DNA of 63,964 bases, filler included, from Octopus bimaculoides (Eukaryota): assembly GCF_001194135.2 (NCBI RefSeq). It is 4 parts of 4 records of this genome, joined end to end, with 100 filler letters (N's around TTAATTAATTAA, not from the genome) between each part and the next. Parts side by side here need not be neighbours in the genome. Positions count along the whole stretch, not along the records: positions 47,573 to 61,632 come from NC_068985.1; 3 more parts are not named here. One strand, given 5' to 3'. Below, in pieces: positions 49,103-61,732 of this stretch. Made by a program: the position numbers and the translations under genes. The notes under the pieces were generated by a model. That model was not told where the DNA came from. It saw nothing but the letters and a program-made list of their open reading frames with translations, and made no database searches. Position 1 is the stretch's first letter, and each line of letters starts with the position of its first letter.

Positions 49103-50850
49103 TCAACTAAATCTGAGGAACAGAGGCCTCTTACAAATTTCAGACCATTTCAAAAACCTGTCAACTACCACTAAGTAGTAAGAACTGTTTAAAGGACCAG
49201 TGAAATCAATCGGGGTCAAATATTGTAGGATTTCCGAGTGAGATCGTTGCCAGTGCCCCTGGACTGGCTCTTGTGCGGGTGGCACATAAAATACACCATT
49301 TTGAGCGTGGCTGTTGCCAGTACCACCTGACTGGCCTTCGTGCCAGTGGCACGTAAAAGCACCCACTACACTCTCTGAGTGGTTGGCATTAGGAAGGGCA
49401 TCCAGCTGTAGAAACTCTACCAAATCAGATTGGAGCCTGATGTAGTCATCTGGTTTCACCAGTCCTCAGTCAAATCGTCCAACCCATGCTAGCATGGAAA
49501 GCGGACGTTAAACGATGATGATGACCATGGAACATCTACTTTTGAATAATGTTTACTTTTTATCATGGGCAATTTTTCATTTCGTTTTAGCTTACATACA
49601 GGTGTTCCACTCTGTTTTACTGCGATTTTTTGTTTCAGCCCCTCAGCCACATTTGAACCTTTGACAGAACCAACTATATTTCCACACAAAACACTTATGG
49701 GAATATTCCATGCTTTGAATAGTTCCATCCACTCTGTGCCGAATAGATTAAGTGGACTTTTTAAAACATATATCTTTGCCTTTTTTGTTTGATCTCGAAA
49801 TGTTACATTACATATGAATTCACTGAAAAAATATTATCTTTTTTCCGTAACTCTATGTACTACCTTTTTCCGATTTAATTAGTTTCAGTTTACCAACATA
49901 TTTCCAAGTTTTTACGTTTAAAATGGTGATATTACTACAAGTGTCCAACTTCATTTTAACACTTGTATTTCTGATTTTCACCTTCACAAATTTCCTCATC
50001 ATTATAGTACCAATTTCTTTCGATGACATACTATTTATTCTTTTTTCTTTGTTCTGACATTTTGTCATCTATATTCTACAGTGCATCTTTATATGTCCTA
50101 TATTACCAAAGCAAAAGCACTCTGCTTTTTTAAATGGACAATTTTTCCTTGGGTGTATACCCCCACATGCAAAACATGGCTTTATTTCCTAACTTTTGTT
50201 GTATTTTTTAGAAAACTTTATTTCTATTCTGACTATTTTGCACTTTCTTTACTTGGAAACAATCTTTACATTCAATTTCCTCTGTGTCATGTCTTAATTT
50301 GACTATTCTTTTACATTCTTCTGATACTTACTGTAGGGTTACATCCTGGCTTTGTTGCAGCTTTGCAAGAATTCTAGTTCTAACTTCTGCATCCCTTTCG
50401 GCAGTAAGTCCTCTGTGTAAAAATCAAGCATTTGAACATATGTGGCGTTAATTTGTCCAGCTTAATTTTGCATTCCCTGTTAACTCTACCAGCATATGTG
50501 ATGTAGTCCTCATCATTGTTTTTTTTCTATGTTCAAACACTTCCAACATGTGTTGAACAATGATCTTTCTTCACTGAAAATTTTACACAATATATCCGTT
50601 GTGTCATTAAAGTTTATGTCTGAAGGTCTTCTTAGAAGTACATAATTATTGAATTGTTCATGTTCTGTTGCCACCAGTTTTCTTAAGATTAAGTGCATTT
50701 TCATCTCGTCATTCCAATCTTTACATTCCTTCTCAAAGATTTGTTCATATCTTCTGAAGTATGCTTCGAAGGTAACTCCTTCGTCAGGTTTGTATTTCAA
50801 CTCTGTTATGGGTTCACAAAAGTCTGTCAAGAAAAACTTTTTCTAACTTA
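49103..50850 (-). mobile_element. Ty3/Gypsy LTR-retrotransposon remnant (gag, protease, pre-RT region, integrase piece), internally deleted
   Basis: gag YKPDEGVTFEAYFRRYEQIF...KLTPHMFKCLIF...RILAKLQQ; protease KMKLDTCSNITIL; MELFKAWNIPI; integrase IDFTGPLNSSYYLVVVDRFLKW; no LTR seen. Confidence 0.85.
49240..49525 (+). mobile_element. SINE family D (or LINE 3' end) with RTE-type tail, inserted antisense in the Gypsy remnant
   Basis: gcattaggaagggcatccagctgtagaaac...caacccatgctagcatggaaagcggacgttaaacgatgatgatg; same tail at ~55497-55560 (-) and 61989-62034 (+). Confidence 0.8.
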
Positions 50851-50978
50851 CTTGATGACATCAGTAATATTTATGTATGTGTGTGTATATATATATATAT
50901 ATATACATATATATACATACATATATATACATACATGTGTGTGTGTATATATATATATATGTATATATAGGTATATAT

Positions 50979-51805
50979 TTTTTCTTTTCTTATGATTGCA
51001 GTCATGCTGGGGCACTGTCATTTACTTTGCTACACTTTCATTAAACCTCCTCTGTTATGTGACATTTAGTGGATGAGGGAGTTTGACATTGCTGCCCTCA
51101 TCTGTGTTTCTTGCCTAGAGGTAGTTTCATATGGAACTCTTGACAGAAAGAGATCTATCTTTGTTTGAAAAAGCCTACATCCACACCATGCAGGTCTCTC
51201 AAGCTTTGTGGGAGGATATTGAGGAGCTGTGGTCCTTTGAAGCCCAAGCTGTTGCAGTATCTGGTCCTGTATCCTGATGGCAATTTTGGGACCTTTGGTA
51301 CCATGCAGTAGCACCCATCGTGCTGTTTGTGTAAGTTACAATGCCAAAATTTGAAACAAGTTTTTCTAGGATTTTCCAGGTGTGTGTTACTGCATATTTT
51401 TCCTGCCTTGTCTACAGAGAGTAGAGTCTTCACTCTTTCAGTCTCTCCCACCAGTAACTGATATGTTGCATTGTATCAATCTTCCTTGTGTAGCTTTGCT
51501 GGATCGACTCAAGTTCTGCCAATAATCTTACAGTTTGGTGACTACAGTTGGGAGCAGTAACCCAGACAGTTGGGAATGAAAGTCCTCCAGGGGACTATCA
51601 TGGTTTCCTTTTCTCTTGTTTTGAAAATTCAAAGGATCCACCCAGCCAGATGTCTGCATTTTATTGACAACTTGGTAATGTGCACTTGGAAAGATGCATC
51701 ATAACTCATGCCGATGCCCATGTCACGCACTGGTTTTGATTTGGGAATTGGAATCCCTCCTGGGCCTTTGTTGGTAGTGCAGGGCTTGGAATTTTCCAAC
51801 ATTAA
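50979..51805 (-). mobile_element. Second, older copy of the CR1/L2-group LINE (3' ~0.8 kb with tail)
   Basis: RDMGIGMSYDASFQVHI, RHLAGWIL, YCNSLGFKGPQLLNILP, QETQMRAAMSNSLIH, colinear with 14420-15114; tail atgacagtgccccagcatgactgc. Confidence 0.9.
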
Positions 51806-51818
51806 ACTGCACATTATA

Positions 51819-51873
<55 letters not shown>

Positions 51874-52399
51874 CTACTTCTATATCTATGTCTATATATA
51901 TATGTATATATATTTTATATTTAGGTTACTGACTGCTTTAATTTTTTTATATTTGATGATAGAAAAGACCTTATTGAATATCATACTGAATTACCAACTT
52001 GTTTGTGGTTCAATTAAAATTGAAACAAGCAAATATTATATAATGTATGTCTACATGTATGTGAGTGTGTTATTTATTTATTTATTTCATAGTTGTACTC
52101 ATCTAACAAGCAACTAAATTTGAGACCATATGTCGAAACTGAATCAGTAACTTTGTCCAAGCCTCATTCTCAGTCATTCAACACATAAAAAAAAATGAAC
52201 CTGTTTTACTCAATTTTCTTTAAATTTCTTGAGGTATCAAAATTTTCTTCTGGGTCTCTCTGTGACCTGGTCATTGACACACTTCCACAGCTGTTGCAGT
52301 GGAATTAATTATCTTCAACAACCTCTGTAATTAATCCCTTCCATTTTCTCTCATCCTCCTTCTTTCTTCTTTTCCCTTATCGCATTCTAACCCTTCTTC

Positions 52400-52411
52400 T
52401 CCCACTCTCTT

Positions 52412-52461
<50 letters not shown>

Positions 52462-52950
52462 TCTCTCGCTCTCTCTCTTTTGTACACTCATTCTCTTTAT
52501 AGTCTTGTTCTCTCTACATTGTAGTTTTGCTCTTTCTCCTTTGTAGTCTCACTCTCTCTCTCTCTCTCTTTCTTGCTTAGTAGTCTTGCATTCCTTTGTA
52601 GTCTCTTTCACTCTCTCTCTCTCTCTTGTAGTCTCGCTCTCTCTCTCTCTCCTTTGTAGTTTTGCTCTCCTTTGTAGTCTCTCTCATTTGCTCTCTCTCT
52701 CTCACTCTCTCTCATTTGCTCTCTCTCTCTCATTTGCTCTCTCTCTCTCACTCTCTCTCATTTGCTCTCTCTCTCTCATTTGCTCTCTCTCTCTCATTTG
52801 CTCTCTCTCTCTCACTCTCTCTTTCTCTCCTTCGTATTCTCACTCTTGCCCCTTTGTTGTCTCCTTCTCTCTCCTTTGTAATCTCACTCTCTCCTGCTCT
52901 CAGTCACTCTCTTAATCTCACTCTTGCTCTCTATTTCTCATTTGTCTATC
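52400..52950. repeat. CT-rich higher-order satellite with (ctctctctctcatttg)- and (ctcctttgtagt)-type units
   Basis: Direct inspection. Confidence 0.85.
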
Positions 52951-53853
52951 TCTTAAGACCCCACTTCTTTCAATCTTTTCTTATTTAATATACTTTATTG
53001 TTCAATAAGATGAAAGATGAAATCACCACCACCACCTCCATGTCCAACAATTTGCTTTAAATTCCAACTCATGAAGCACAAGTGTTATTATACTCACCCA
53101 CTCCAGCACTCCAATTAGCATCTAAGGTATCATTGCTATAGAGGTACTATGGCCGAGTGGAGAAAATATTGATCCTAAATGCTCATAGATTACACTGTAT
53201 AACATGATTTTTGTCCTTGGGTAGAAACTGTTATTTCCTGTTTTGCTTACCCCGAGAAAGTATGGAAAATGGCTAATATTTCCTTCAAACTTTGCTTGTG
53301 TTACATTTATTCAAACTCCGAAGAATCCCTCTCAACACATGGCTATGATACTCCATCATGCTACTCCTGCTCATGATCAGAGACACACATATCATTAGCC
53401 ACAAAGGGACATGCCCAAATTGTTAAGGTCAAGCAACTGACAAGTGTATCTGTGATACTGAGCAGAATATTTGCTATAATGATATTTCTACTTCAGCAAC
53501 TCAGCTCTGAATCTGTCTGAACTGTAATGGAAAATGGGTCAGTTTGCAAACATTAATGTTGAGGTTACAAAAGCAAAGTTTGAAGGGAATTGTAGTAATT
53601 TCTTTTGATTTCTAGATAGAAGCAAATAGGAAATAACACTGAACAAAAACAAAAAATAAATATGAAATTTTGTTATTGGTCCCAGCTCCAACAACAAGGT
53701 AATCCCAAAAACCAACCTTCCCTATTTTTAATATATATATATATATTGTTTTTAAATACAGCATATTTGTAAGAGATATTATCCAGATGAATACTGCAGT
53801 GAATTTGCTTTTCAGCAATATATTTCCATAACATATGACTTATAGATGGTTTT

Positions 53854-53895
<42 letters not shown>

Positions 53896-54429
53896 NNNNN
53901 NNNNNNNNNNNNNNNNNNNNNNNNNNNNNNNNNNNNNNNNNNNNNNNNNNNNNNNNNNNNNNNNNNNNNNNNNNNNNNNNNNNNNNNNNNNNNNNNNNNN
54001 NNNNNNNNNNNNNNNNNNNNNNNNNNNNNNNNNNNNNNNNNNNNNNNNNNNNNNNNNNNNNNNNNNNNNNNNNNNNNNNNNNNNNNNNNNNNNNNNNNNN
54101 NNNNNNNNNNNNNNNNNNNNNNNNNNNNNNNNNNTATATATTTCTGTAAACAATAATTATAATGTTTTATAAGCTTAAAGCTTATACCAATCACTGTGCA
54201 TTAACTAAGGTAAATAGTCTAATATTGGGACATATAATCCTTTGCCAGAAAAAAAGTAGGGTTTGTAGTAGGCATGCATACAGCAAACCCTACCTCACTT
54301 TGACAATGGACCTCCATGTTTGGTGCTAATTGACAATGGACCTTGACGTTTGGTGTGAATTCAGTTTGTTGGCCAGCATTTCCCTGTAGCTTACATTGAT
54401 GACTGTACACCTCTTTTCCTGGTAATGTT

Positions 54430-55005
54430 CTATTATTGACCCTCTTGCAACCCCAAAACAGTCAGTATCATTTTTTTCTTCAAAAGGATTTCTTTTTGGA
54501 TTTCTTTTTCACTGGTGACTCCAGGTTTTTCCACTCTATACTCTGTCTCTGGGATTCTGACTCAAAGTTATGGATCCAGGTCTCGTCTCTTATGACTATT
54601 CTCTCCAAAGATGTTTCACCTTCATCATTGTAGTGGTCAAGTAAGTGTTGACAGATTGCTACATGATTGCACTTATGCACTTCAGTAAGCTCTCGTGGCA
54701 CACATCTCGCACAGAATGTTGTGGATGATTTCGTATGCATAACTATGACTAATTTATGGAGACTATATAACCAGTCGTTGGTTCACCAGAACCATCTCTT
54801 GACCTTGTTGAATCTTCATGCCAAAGGTGGAAGTTGATGGATGTCCTGCTCTATCTTCATGCTTCATGTTTGTCTGGCCATTTTTAAACTCAATCAACTT
54901 GTACACACTTCTATGCAGTAGATCACTGTTACCATATTGTACAGAAAGCCTGCAATGAATTTCAGCCTGTGATACACCTTCAGATTAGAGAAATTAGAAC
55001 ACTTA
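54430..55005 (-). mobile_element. mariner-type transposase remnant (N-terminal HTH to first catalytic D)
   Basis: SEGVSQAEIHCRL..QYG...EDRAGHPSTS, CVPRELTE (WVPRELT), RIVIRDETWIHNFESESQRQSIEW. Confidence 0.88.
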
Positions 55006-55442
55006 TCTCTGTTCTTCCTTGCTGCACAATACCAGCAGAGCAGCTGTGTTTACTCTATAACACAAGAAAAAAAACTGGAGCAATCAAGGTCAAACTTTGG
55101 TTATGTACTCACATGAGTACCATCTTTCAGCACAAGAGTGCTGAAGGTAGTGCAGCCAACCTAAAGAAAGTTTTAGTGAAGGTGTGAGTAAATGTTTTAC
55201 TTCCCCTTCGATCTTTTGGTGGATAACACAAAAGATTGGAAAATTATACATCTTTAAATGTTACCATCATTCCAGATACATTGGTATTGCATAATTCAGT
55301 GAGTTATTAATCCTGCATATTAATCGATCCATATTTAATTGAATAGGGTTCTACAGAAATCGAGTGATCAATTTGGTCAGCCAATTTGACTCTGACAGAA
55401 TGTTTAAAATGTATTCGCCTGGATTTTTAATCCCTTTTTCTA

Positions 55443-55496
<54 letters not shown>

Positions 55497-55871
55497 CATC
55501 ATCATCATCATCATCATCATTGTATAACATCCGTTTTCCATGCTGGCGTGGTTTGGACAGTTTTGTTGAGGTCTGTATAAAGGATATATATTGTATAAAG
55601 GATCATGGATAAGGCCAAAACAACGCAAAATAAATGCGAGGTAAATCACAAGAAAACAAATATGTTAATTAATGTAGATTTACCTTGTATTCAATATTTC
55701 GGGGTTATTACCCCATTTTCGTACTTGGGTTTTGGGCTTGTTAGTGTTCATGTTTTTCCTGGCTGCTTTGTCTGTTTTCCTCTCTCTGTTTTTTAGTGTT
55801 GTACTGGTTTGACTGTATTCACTAGAGAAAGATTTCACAATTGAAAATCATCCCAGAAGAAAAAATGTGTG

Positions 55872-55927
<56 letters not shown>

Positions 55928-55957
55928 AACACACACATATATATATATATATATATA

Positions 55958-56735
55958 GGTGCTACTTTGGCGTGTGATCTACATCAGCAAATTTACTTTG
56001 GTGTGTGATCTACATGCTTATTTTAATTAGTATGTTGTTTATTTTGCATTTCTTTATTTACTAAGACATGGTTTTATTATTATTAAAACAATTTCATTGA
56101 TGAATTGAGTGAACGTCTGCTAGAAATGCAAGAAGAAGGTCTTCAGCACTCTTCCTTATCTGTAGCCAAGAGAAATGATCAAGGTGAGATTGGAAGGTTC
56201 CTTGTATTGAAGAAAGGTGCAAATTGCCATTATTTTTATGTAGAAAATAGATATAAAGAAATCGTGAAACGCTTGAATCCCACAATTCAAGGCAAAGTTG
56301 CAGAAAATTTGGTTATTCATTCTGACAAATGGCCAATATGCTCCAATCTAAATTGCCTAAATTTCTGCTATTCTACTTCAACTACCAAAGACATTATGTT
56401 GATCCAAACACTGGAACCAATATTCAAGCAATTGAAAGAACCTGGTTGGATTCGAAAATTCGTATTTTGAAAAAGATGACAGGAATGAACAAAAGAATCT
56501 TCCAATCTTCCAGTCTCACCTTGATTATTTCTGTTGGTTACAGATGAGGAAGAGTGTTGCAAACCTTTTTCTTACATTTCAAGCAGATGTTTGCTCAAGT
56601 TATCGATAAAATTATCACACACCAAAGTAAATTTGCTCGCATAGATCACACGCCAAAGTAGCTGTAGCACAAATTTAAAAAAGTAACCTAAAGTAATCGC
56701 CCTTTAAAATGCAGATCACATGCCAAAGTAGTACC
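55958..56735. mobile_element. Merlin (IS1595/ISXO2-like DDE) derivative, 778 bp, with TIRs
   Basis: TIRs GGTGCTACTTTGGCGTGTGATCT / GGTACTACTTTGGCATGTGATCT with internal tandem copies; VENR..IHSDKW, YVDPNTGTNIQAIERTW, QSHLDYFCW. Confidence 0.8.
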
Positions 56736-57243
56736 TGTATATATATATAAGTAAAAAGGATTAATAAATTCAGGCAGATATCTATAATGCACTCAGTGTT
56801 TGGTTAACTATATCAAATAATCAGATACCAATAAATGCAAGTAGAAAAAATATCCAAGTAATTCTTCATGTATTCTGTTGCCTTGATAACGTTGTGTTAG
56901 CATATATTTTTGGATATGTTTATTTAACTGATATTTTGTACCTTTTCTGTATCTAAGTATGCTGGTACAACAGAGACAATTGTCAGTAATGTATGGTGTA
57001 ATCACCAATTAAAGATGTGATTTTCTCTATTCTTATTTTTGCTATATGTATGTATGTTGTACATACGAATGAACAAACAAACGAATGAATATTAATAACC
57101 ACATATACTTAATATATATGCTTCATGTATTTTCCGGTGGTTGCAATAGCATGGCTCAGTACATACACTCTCAATATGTTGGCTGTTAAAATACCTCAGA
57201 GTCATGGACGGATGAGGTAACTCACCTTCAATCCCATTTGGCA

Positions 57244-57290
57244 GTGGTGGACACCGATGTTTCGTCATTTTTGTGGCTCGTCAACATCAC
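57244..57290 (-). ncRNA. Minimal type-I hammerhead ribozyme (C3U variant, partly decayed)
   Basis: GUGAUG-UUGACGA-GCCAC-AAAA-AUGAC-GAA-ACA-UCGG-UGU-C-CACCAC: three stems, conserved core, GUC cleavage triplet. Confidence 0.75.
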
Positions 57291-57824
57291 GTACCAGCCA
57301 GAGTTGAAGGCAAGTCACCCAGCCAGTGCACGACTTATATGCTCATAGCTTGTAAAATCATATGCTAGCATACTTGGAAATTGCATACCTAAATATTATT
57401 AACCATACCTGGTTAATAATGTTTATTATACTAGAGCTGCTTTTACTTCATATGTAAATATATATATTGGGAAGTTAGAAGTTATGGCCGGTCATAGAGT
57501 GACCGTTGGTTTTGCACCTATAAAGCACTTAGCAGTATAGGTACCTATAACTTAACTTCCTAAAAAATATATTGCTACTCTAATGCTTAAGATTCTGCTT
57601 CTGTTTTGGATATATGAACTACTGACAATGTGTGTGTGTGTGTGTGTGTGCATGCATGCATGCATGCATACGTGCATGTGTGTGTATCATGGCGATCAGT
57701 CATAATCGAGGGTGATTTTGTATTAGAACATATCATGCTTTTGTTAAAAGGTCATACATAGACACAGCAGTCCTCAGTCATACCAACCTGTTGAACATCC
57801 AGTTAATGACAGCTGGGGAGAGAC

Positions 57825-57960
57825 AACACTGGGCTGGTATTTAATTTATCAACCTTGAAAGAAGTGAAAGGCAACGTTAAACTTTCTAGAATTTTAACTC
57901 AGAATACAGAAGCAATGCATATTACAACACATTTTATTCGATCCTGTAACGACTCTATTG
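57825..57960 (-). mobile_element. SINE family B fragment, degenerate
   Basis: ctgggctggtatttaatttatcaacc...aaggcaacg...tttaactcagaatacag. Confidence 0.7.
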
Positions 57961-58122
57961 ATTGCCTTGTATGTATGTATGTATGTATGTATGTATGCAT
58001 GTGCAGACGTATGTATGTAAAAGCATGTTTATATTTGTATTATGCACGCATGTATATACAGATATGTATGTGTATGTACAGATATGTATGCATTTATATA
58101 TATGAAAGAGTTTGAGTTTATA

Positions 58123-58189
<67 letters not shown>

Positions 58190-58194
58190 GTATA

Positions 58195-58948
58195 CAGGGT
58201 GCAATGGGTAAATTGTCGCCATATTATATTTTCAATTTCGCGCATGCACATTGTTTTTTTTATTTTGTCGACTACACAGTATAGTAGGATCAGTTGGGCA
58301 CCGTCTCTGAGAAAAGCAGTACCTTGATGCATTTGGAAATTTGGAAATGACATACTTTACTGCTTGGCATTTGCACCGGGAGCTCCAATTCAAACATTTC
58401 AAAGTGTTTGGGTGTCAATCTGAGGACAGTGCAAAAGATTCGGAAAGAGTTGGATGAGTCTAATGGTGATTACGAAGGTACGACAGCTCAGAAAACACAC
58501 TCTGATCGTTCTGATAAGAAAATAACACCTGAATTTGTAGGTGAGATCCAGGCCATGATTGACAACGATCGATCCCTCGAAGTCAATCAGGTATATCATC
58601 AGGGATATGGGAGTGTCTGAGTTTCTTATCAGGCAGACAGTGCATGAAGATATTCAGTATTCTTCATACAAGTTGAGAATGGGCTAATTTTTATCTCAAG
58701 CAATCAAGGCCAAGAGGAAAGACCACGCTATGAAGCTTTTAAACAAATTCAAGCATCCCCTCCAACTGAACATGCTTTACTTTTTCTCAGACAAGAAAAA
58801 TTTCTGCCAGTAGCCCTCGGTACTGGACACAGCTGTAAGTGGTATGACTGGTGAACGCACAGATCAACCGTTGGCTTGCCATGTCCTCAAAACATGTACA
58901 GAGAGTGATAAAAATCAAACATCCAGCCAAAATCATAGTATTTGAAAT
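58195..58948 (+). mobile_element. Tc1/mariner-superfamily transposon, maT/DD37D-like: left end and transposase N-terminal half
   Basis: TA|CAGGGTG left end; LGVNLRTVQKIRKEL, TPEFVGEIQAMIDND, FFSDKKNF, NAQINRWLA...IKHPAKIIVF; runs into an N-gap. Confidence 0.72.
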
Positions 58949-59065
58949 NNNNNNNNNNNNNNNNNNNNNNNNNNNNNNNNNNNNNNNNNNNNNNNNNNNN
59001 NNNNNNNNNNNNNNNNNNNNNNNNNNNNNNNNNNNNNNNNNNNNNNNNATATAGAGAGAGAGAGA

Positions 59066-59098
<33 letters not shown>

Positions 59099-59394
59099 CA
59101 CTCTCTCTCTCCCCCTCGCGCACGCACGCATGCACACACACACACACACCATCGATATCGACATGTGGGTATATAATTTTTTTTTCGCTCAACTGAACGA
59201 CTGAATTAGTATGCTAAATGGTTAATGTTTGACACACTCATGTACCCTTATCAGTGAAACAAGAGAAGGACATTCGAATTACACATATAGTCCATCCAAA
59301 GGGTTTCTATATACTTGTCATCCGTCTAATTTAACTCCCAAAGCTTGGGTAGATCCAGATTATATTAAACATACCTAGCTAAGAAGTCATGCAC

Positions 59395-59885
59395 TGGCAT
59401 AGCTGTGTGATTACAAAGGCTTGCTTTGTGAGCAGGTGGTTTCAGGTTCAGCCCCAATGCGTGGTATTCTGATCGAGTGTCTTCTACTATTGCCCCTGGC
59501 CGACCAATGCTTTTGACTGAATCTATGCAAGTGTGTGTGTGTGTGAGTGTGTGTGTGTGTGTGTTTGTGTGTGTGCGTGTGTGTGTGTGTATATGTATGT
59601 TTGTGTATGTATGTGTGTATGTGAGGGAATTTATGTGTGTTTGTATGTATGTATATGTGTGTTAATTCATACATGCGTGTGTGTATGTGTGTGTTTGTGT
59701 GTGTGCGTTCGTGTTTGTCTACCACCGCTCGACAATCGATGCTGGTTTGTTTACTTCCTTATAACGCACACCAATAGAATAGGTATCAGACTTTAAAAAT
59801 AAGTACAGTAGTCAATTCATTCGATTAAACCCTACCATGCTGTGCCCCAGCATGGCCTCAGTCCAATGACTGAAACAAGTAAGAA
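59395..59885 (+). mobile_element. SINE family A, degenerate full copy with expanded (TG/TA) core
   Basis: ggcatagctgtgtgattac...gtcttctactattgcccctggccgacc...cccagcatggcctcagtccaatgactgaaacaagtaag. Confidence 0.85.
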
Positions 59886-60168
59886 AAGAAAATTTTTTTA
59901 AAAAAGACATTTGTGCGTGGGGGTGGGGGGGTAGTGTTTTATAAGATGTAACGAGACTACTGTCCCTTGATATAACGATAAATCGCTGCCAGACTCTTCC
60001 ATAGCAAAAGCAAAAATCTCGATGTAAGGGAGATAAATCTCTCACTAGTTTTTCATTTTGGCTTTAACTTGAAAACTTAACCTGCATTTTTCATATAGAT
60101 GACACTAATTTCATTCTACATTTGCCTTGAACAACAACAGCAGCAGTAGCAGTAGCAGCAGCAGTAGC

Positions 60169-60203
<35 letters not shown>

Positions 60204-60509
60204 CTGTTGTTTAACCCGGGTAGAACCTGATCCGAAGCATTCAAACTTTAAATATCCTATTTTTAAAATTTATTTATTATTACGTTTTTTGTGTTGAGGT
60301 ATAGTGTACCCGGGAATACATTAAGCATCGTGTTCTTTTTTTTTTTTTTTTTGCAAAAAGAAATCTTCAGTGTAGGTTTAGGCAGATTTGACTGCTATTT
60401 CTAGCATGTCACGCTACTGCGTAGAAGCTCCCCCATTGGCTCGTGACGTGGTGGTGGTGGTGCATGGTGAAAGAAACATTACACTATCTTTTATCTGTTA
60501 TCTTCTGAT

Positions 60510-60960
60510 GTTTTCAGTCATTTGACTGCGGCCATGCTGGGGCACCGCTTTGAAGGGCTCAGTCGAACAAATTGTTCCCAGTACTTATTTTTTAAAGCCG
60601 GGTACTTATTCTATCGTACTCTTTTGCCAAACTGCTAATTTACAGGGACATAAACACACCAACAAACGGTGGGGGCGAGGGAAAAATACAGACACAAAGA
60701 CACTTTCATAGATATATTTATATACACGGCGGGCTTCTTCCAGTTTCTGTCTACCAAATCTACTCACAAGTCTAAGTTACGGAGATGTAAAGACACCAAT
60801 ACCAGTTGTCAAACGGTGGAGGTGGACAAACACACACATATATATACGACGGGCTTCTTTCAGTTTCCGTCACAAGACTTTGGTCGGCCCAGGGCAGCAG
60901 TAGAAGACATTTGCCCGAGGTGCCACGCAGTGGGACTGAACCCAGAATCATGTGATCGGG
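60510..60960 (-). mobile_element. SINE family A with a duplicated central segment
   Basis: Central block (ctaa.ttac...gggcttctt.cagtt...tcacaag) occurs twice, ~60637-60770 and ~60772-60876. Confidence 0.8.
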
Positions 60961-61429
60961 AAGAGTCACGCCTGCACCTACATATAAAATAACTACGATT
61001 TCTTTAGTCTTATGAAATAAGTTGTGGCCCACCAAATCTTTGCTATTGACCACAGGTGACCACCCTGACTGTGTTGCGCATGGTACAGTGGGTTGTTGCC
61101 CAGGGGCCTCCACAGGTCTAGGGGTCCAATTCAGACCTATATATCTTGTGGCTTGCAGGCAATAAATGTTATAGGGCCAATGCATTGATACGCCCAGAGG
61201 CCTACAATGCTTCTAAGATGGATTTGGTTGTTCGTCATACTACCGCTATATTAGACAACTCATTGCCGCATACACTCGCACAAACATATGCGATATCTAT
61301 TGTGGCTTTCTACCTTGCATGCATAGCCAGCATCCAACTTTCTCTTTTAAACACAAAGGTCTGCACATACATACATACAGACATACAGACATACACACGC
61401 ACACATACACACACACACATACACACACA

Positions 61430-61460
<31 letters not shown>

Positions 61461-61632
61461 CCAGATGATTGATCGACCTTGATCAACCGAGGCAAGGTGA
61501 AAAAATTTCAAAAGAGCAGTCTTTCATGAGCCTTCAAGCACATTTAACCAGAGCTTTTCCATGTTTCCTTGGTGATTAAGCGGCTAAAAACATAGTATTT
61601 CCCCGCTTCCTTGAACGGAATGTCTTACTATA

Positions 61633-61732
61633 NNNNNNNNNNNNNNNNNNNNNNNNNNNNNNNNNNNNNNNNNNNNTTAATTAATTAANNNNNNNNNNNN
61701 NNNNNNNNNNNNNNNNNNNNNNNNNNNNNNNN
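61633..61732. other. Synthetic scaffold spacer 44N-TTAATTAATTAA-44N
   Basis: Identical 100-bp structure. Confidence 0.95.

Noticed and set aside
53615-53830. Two possible small exons with GT/AG signals
   Set aside because: Stops in all frames of the first piece, and the spliced product terminates almost immediately.
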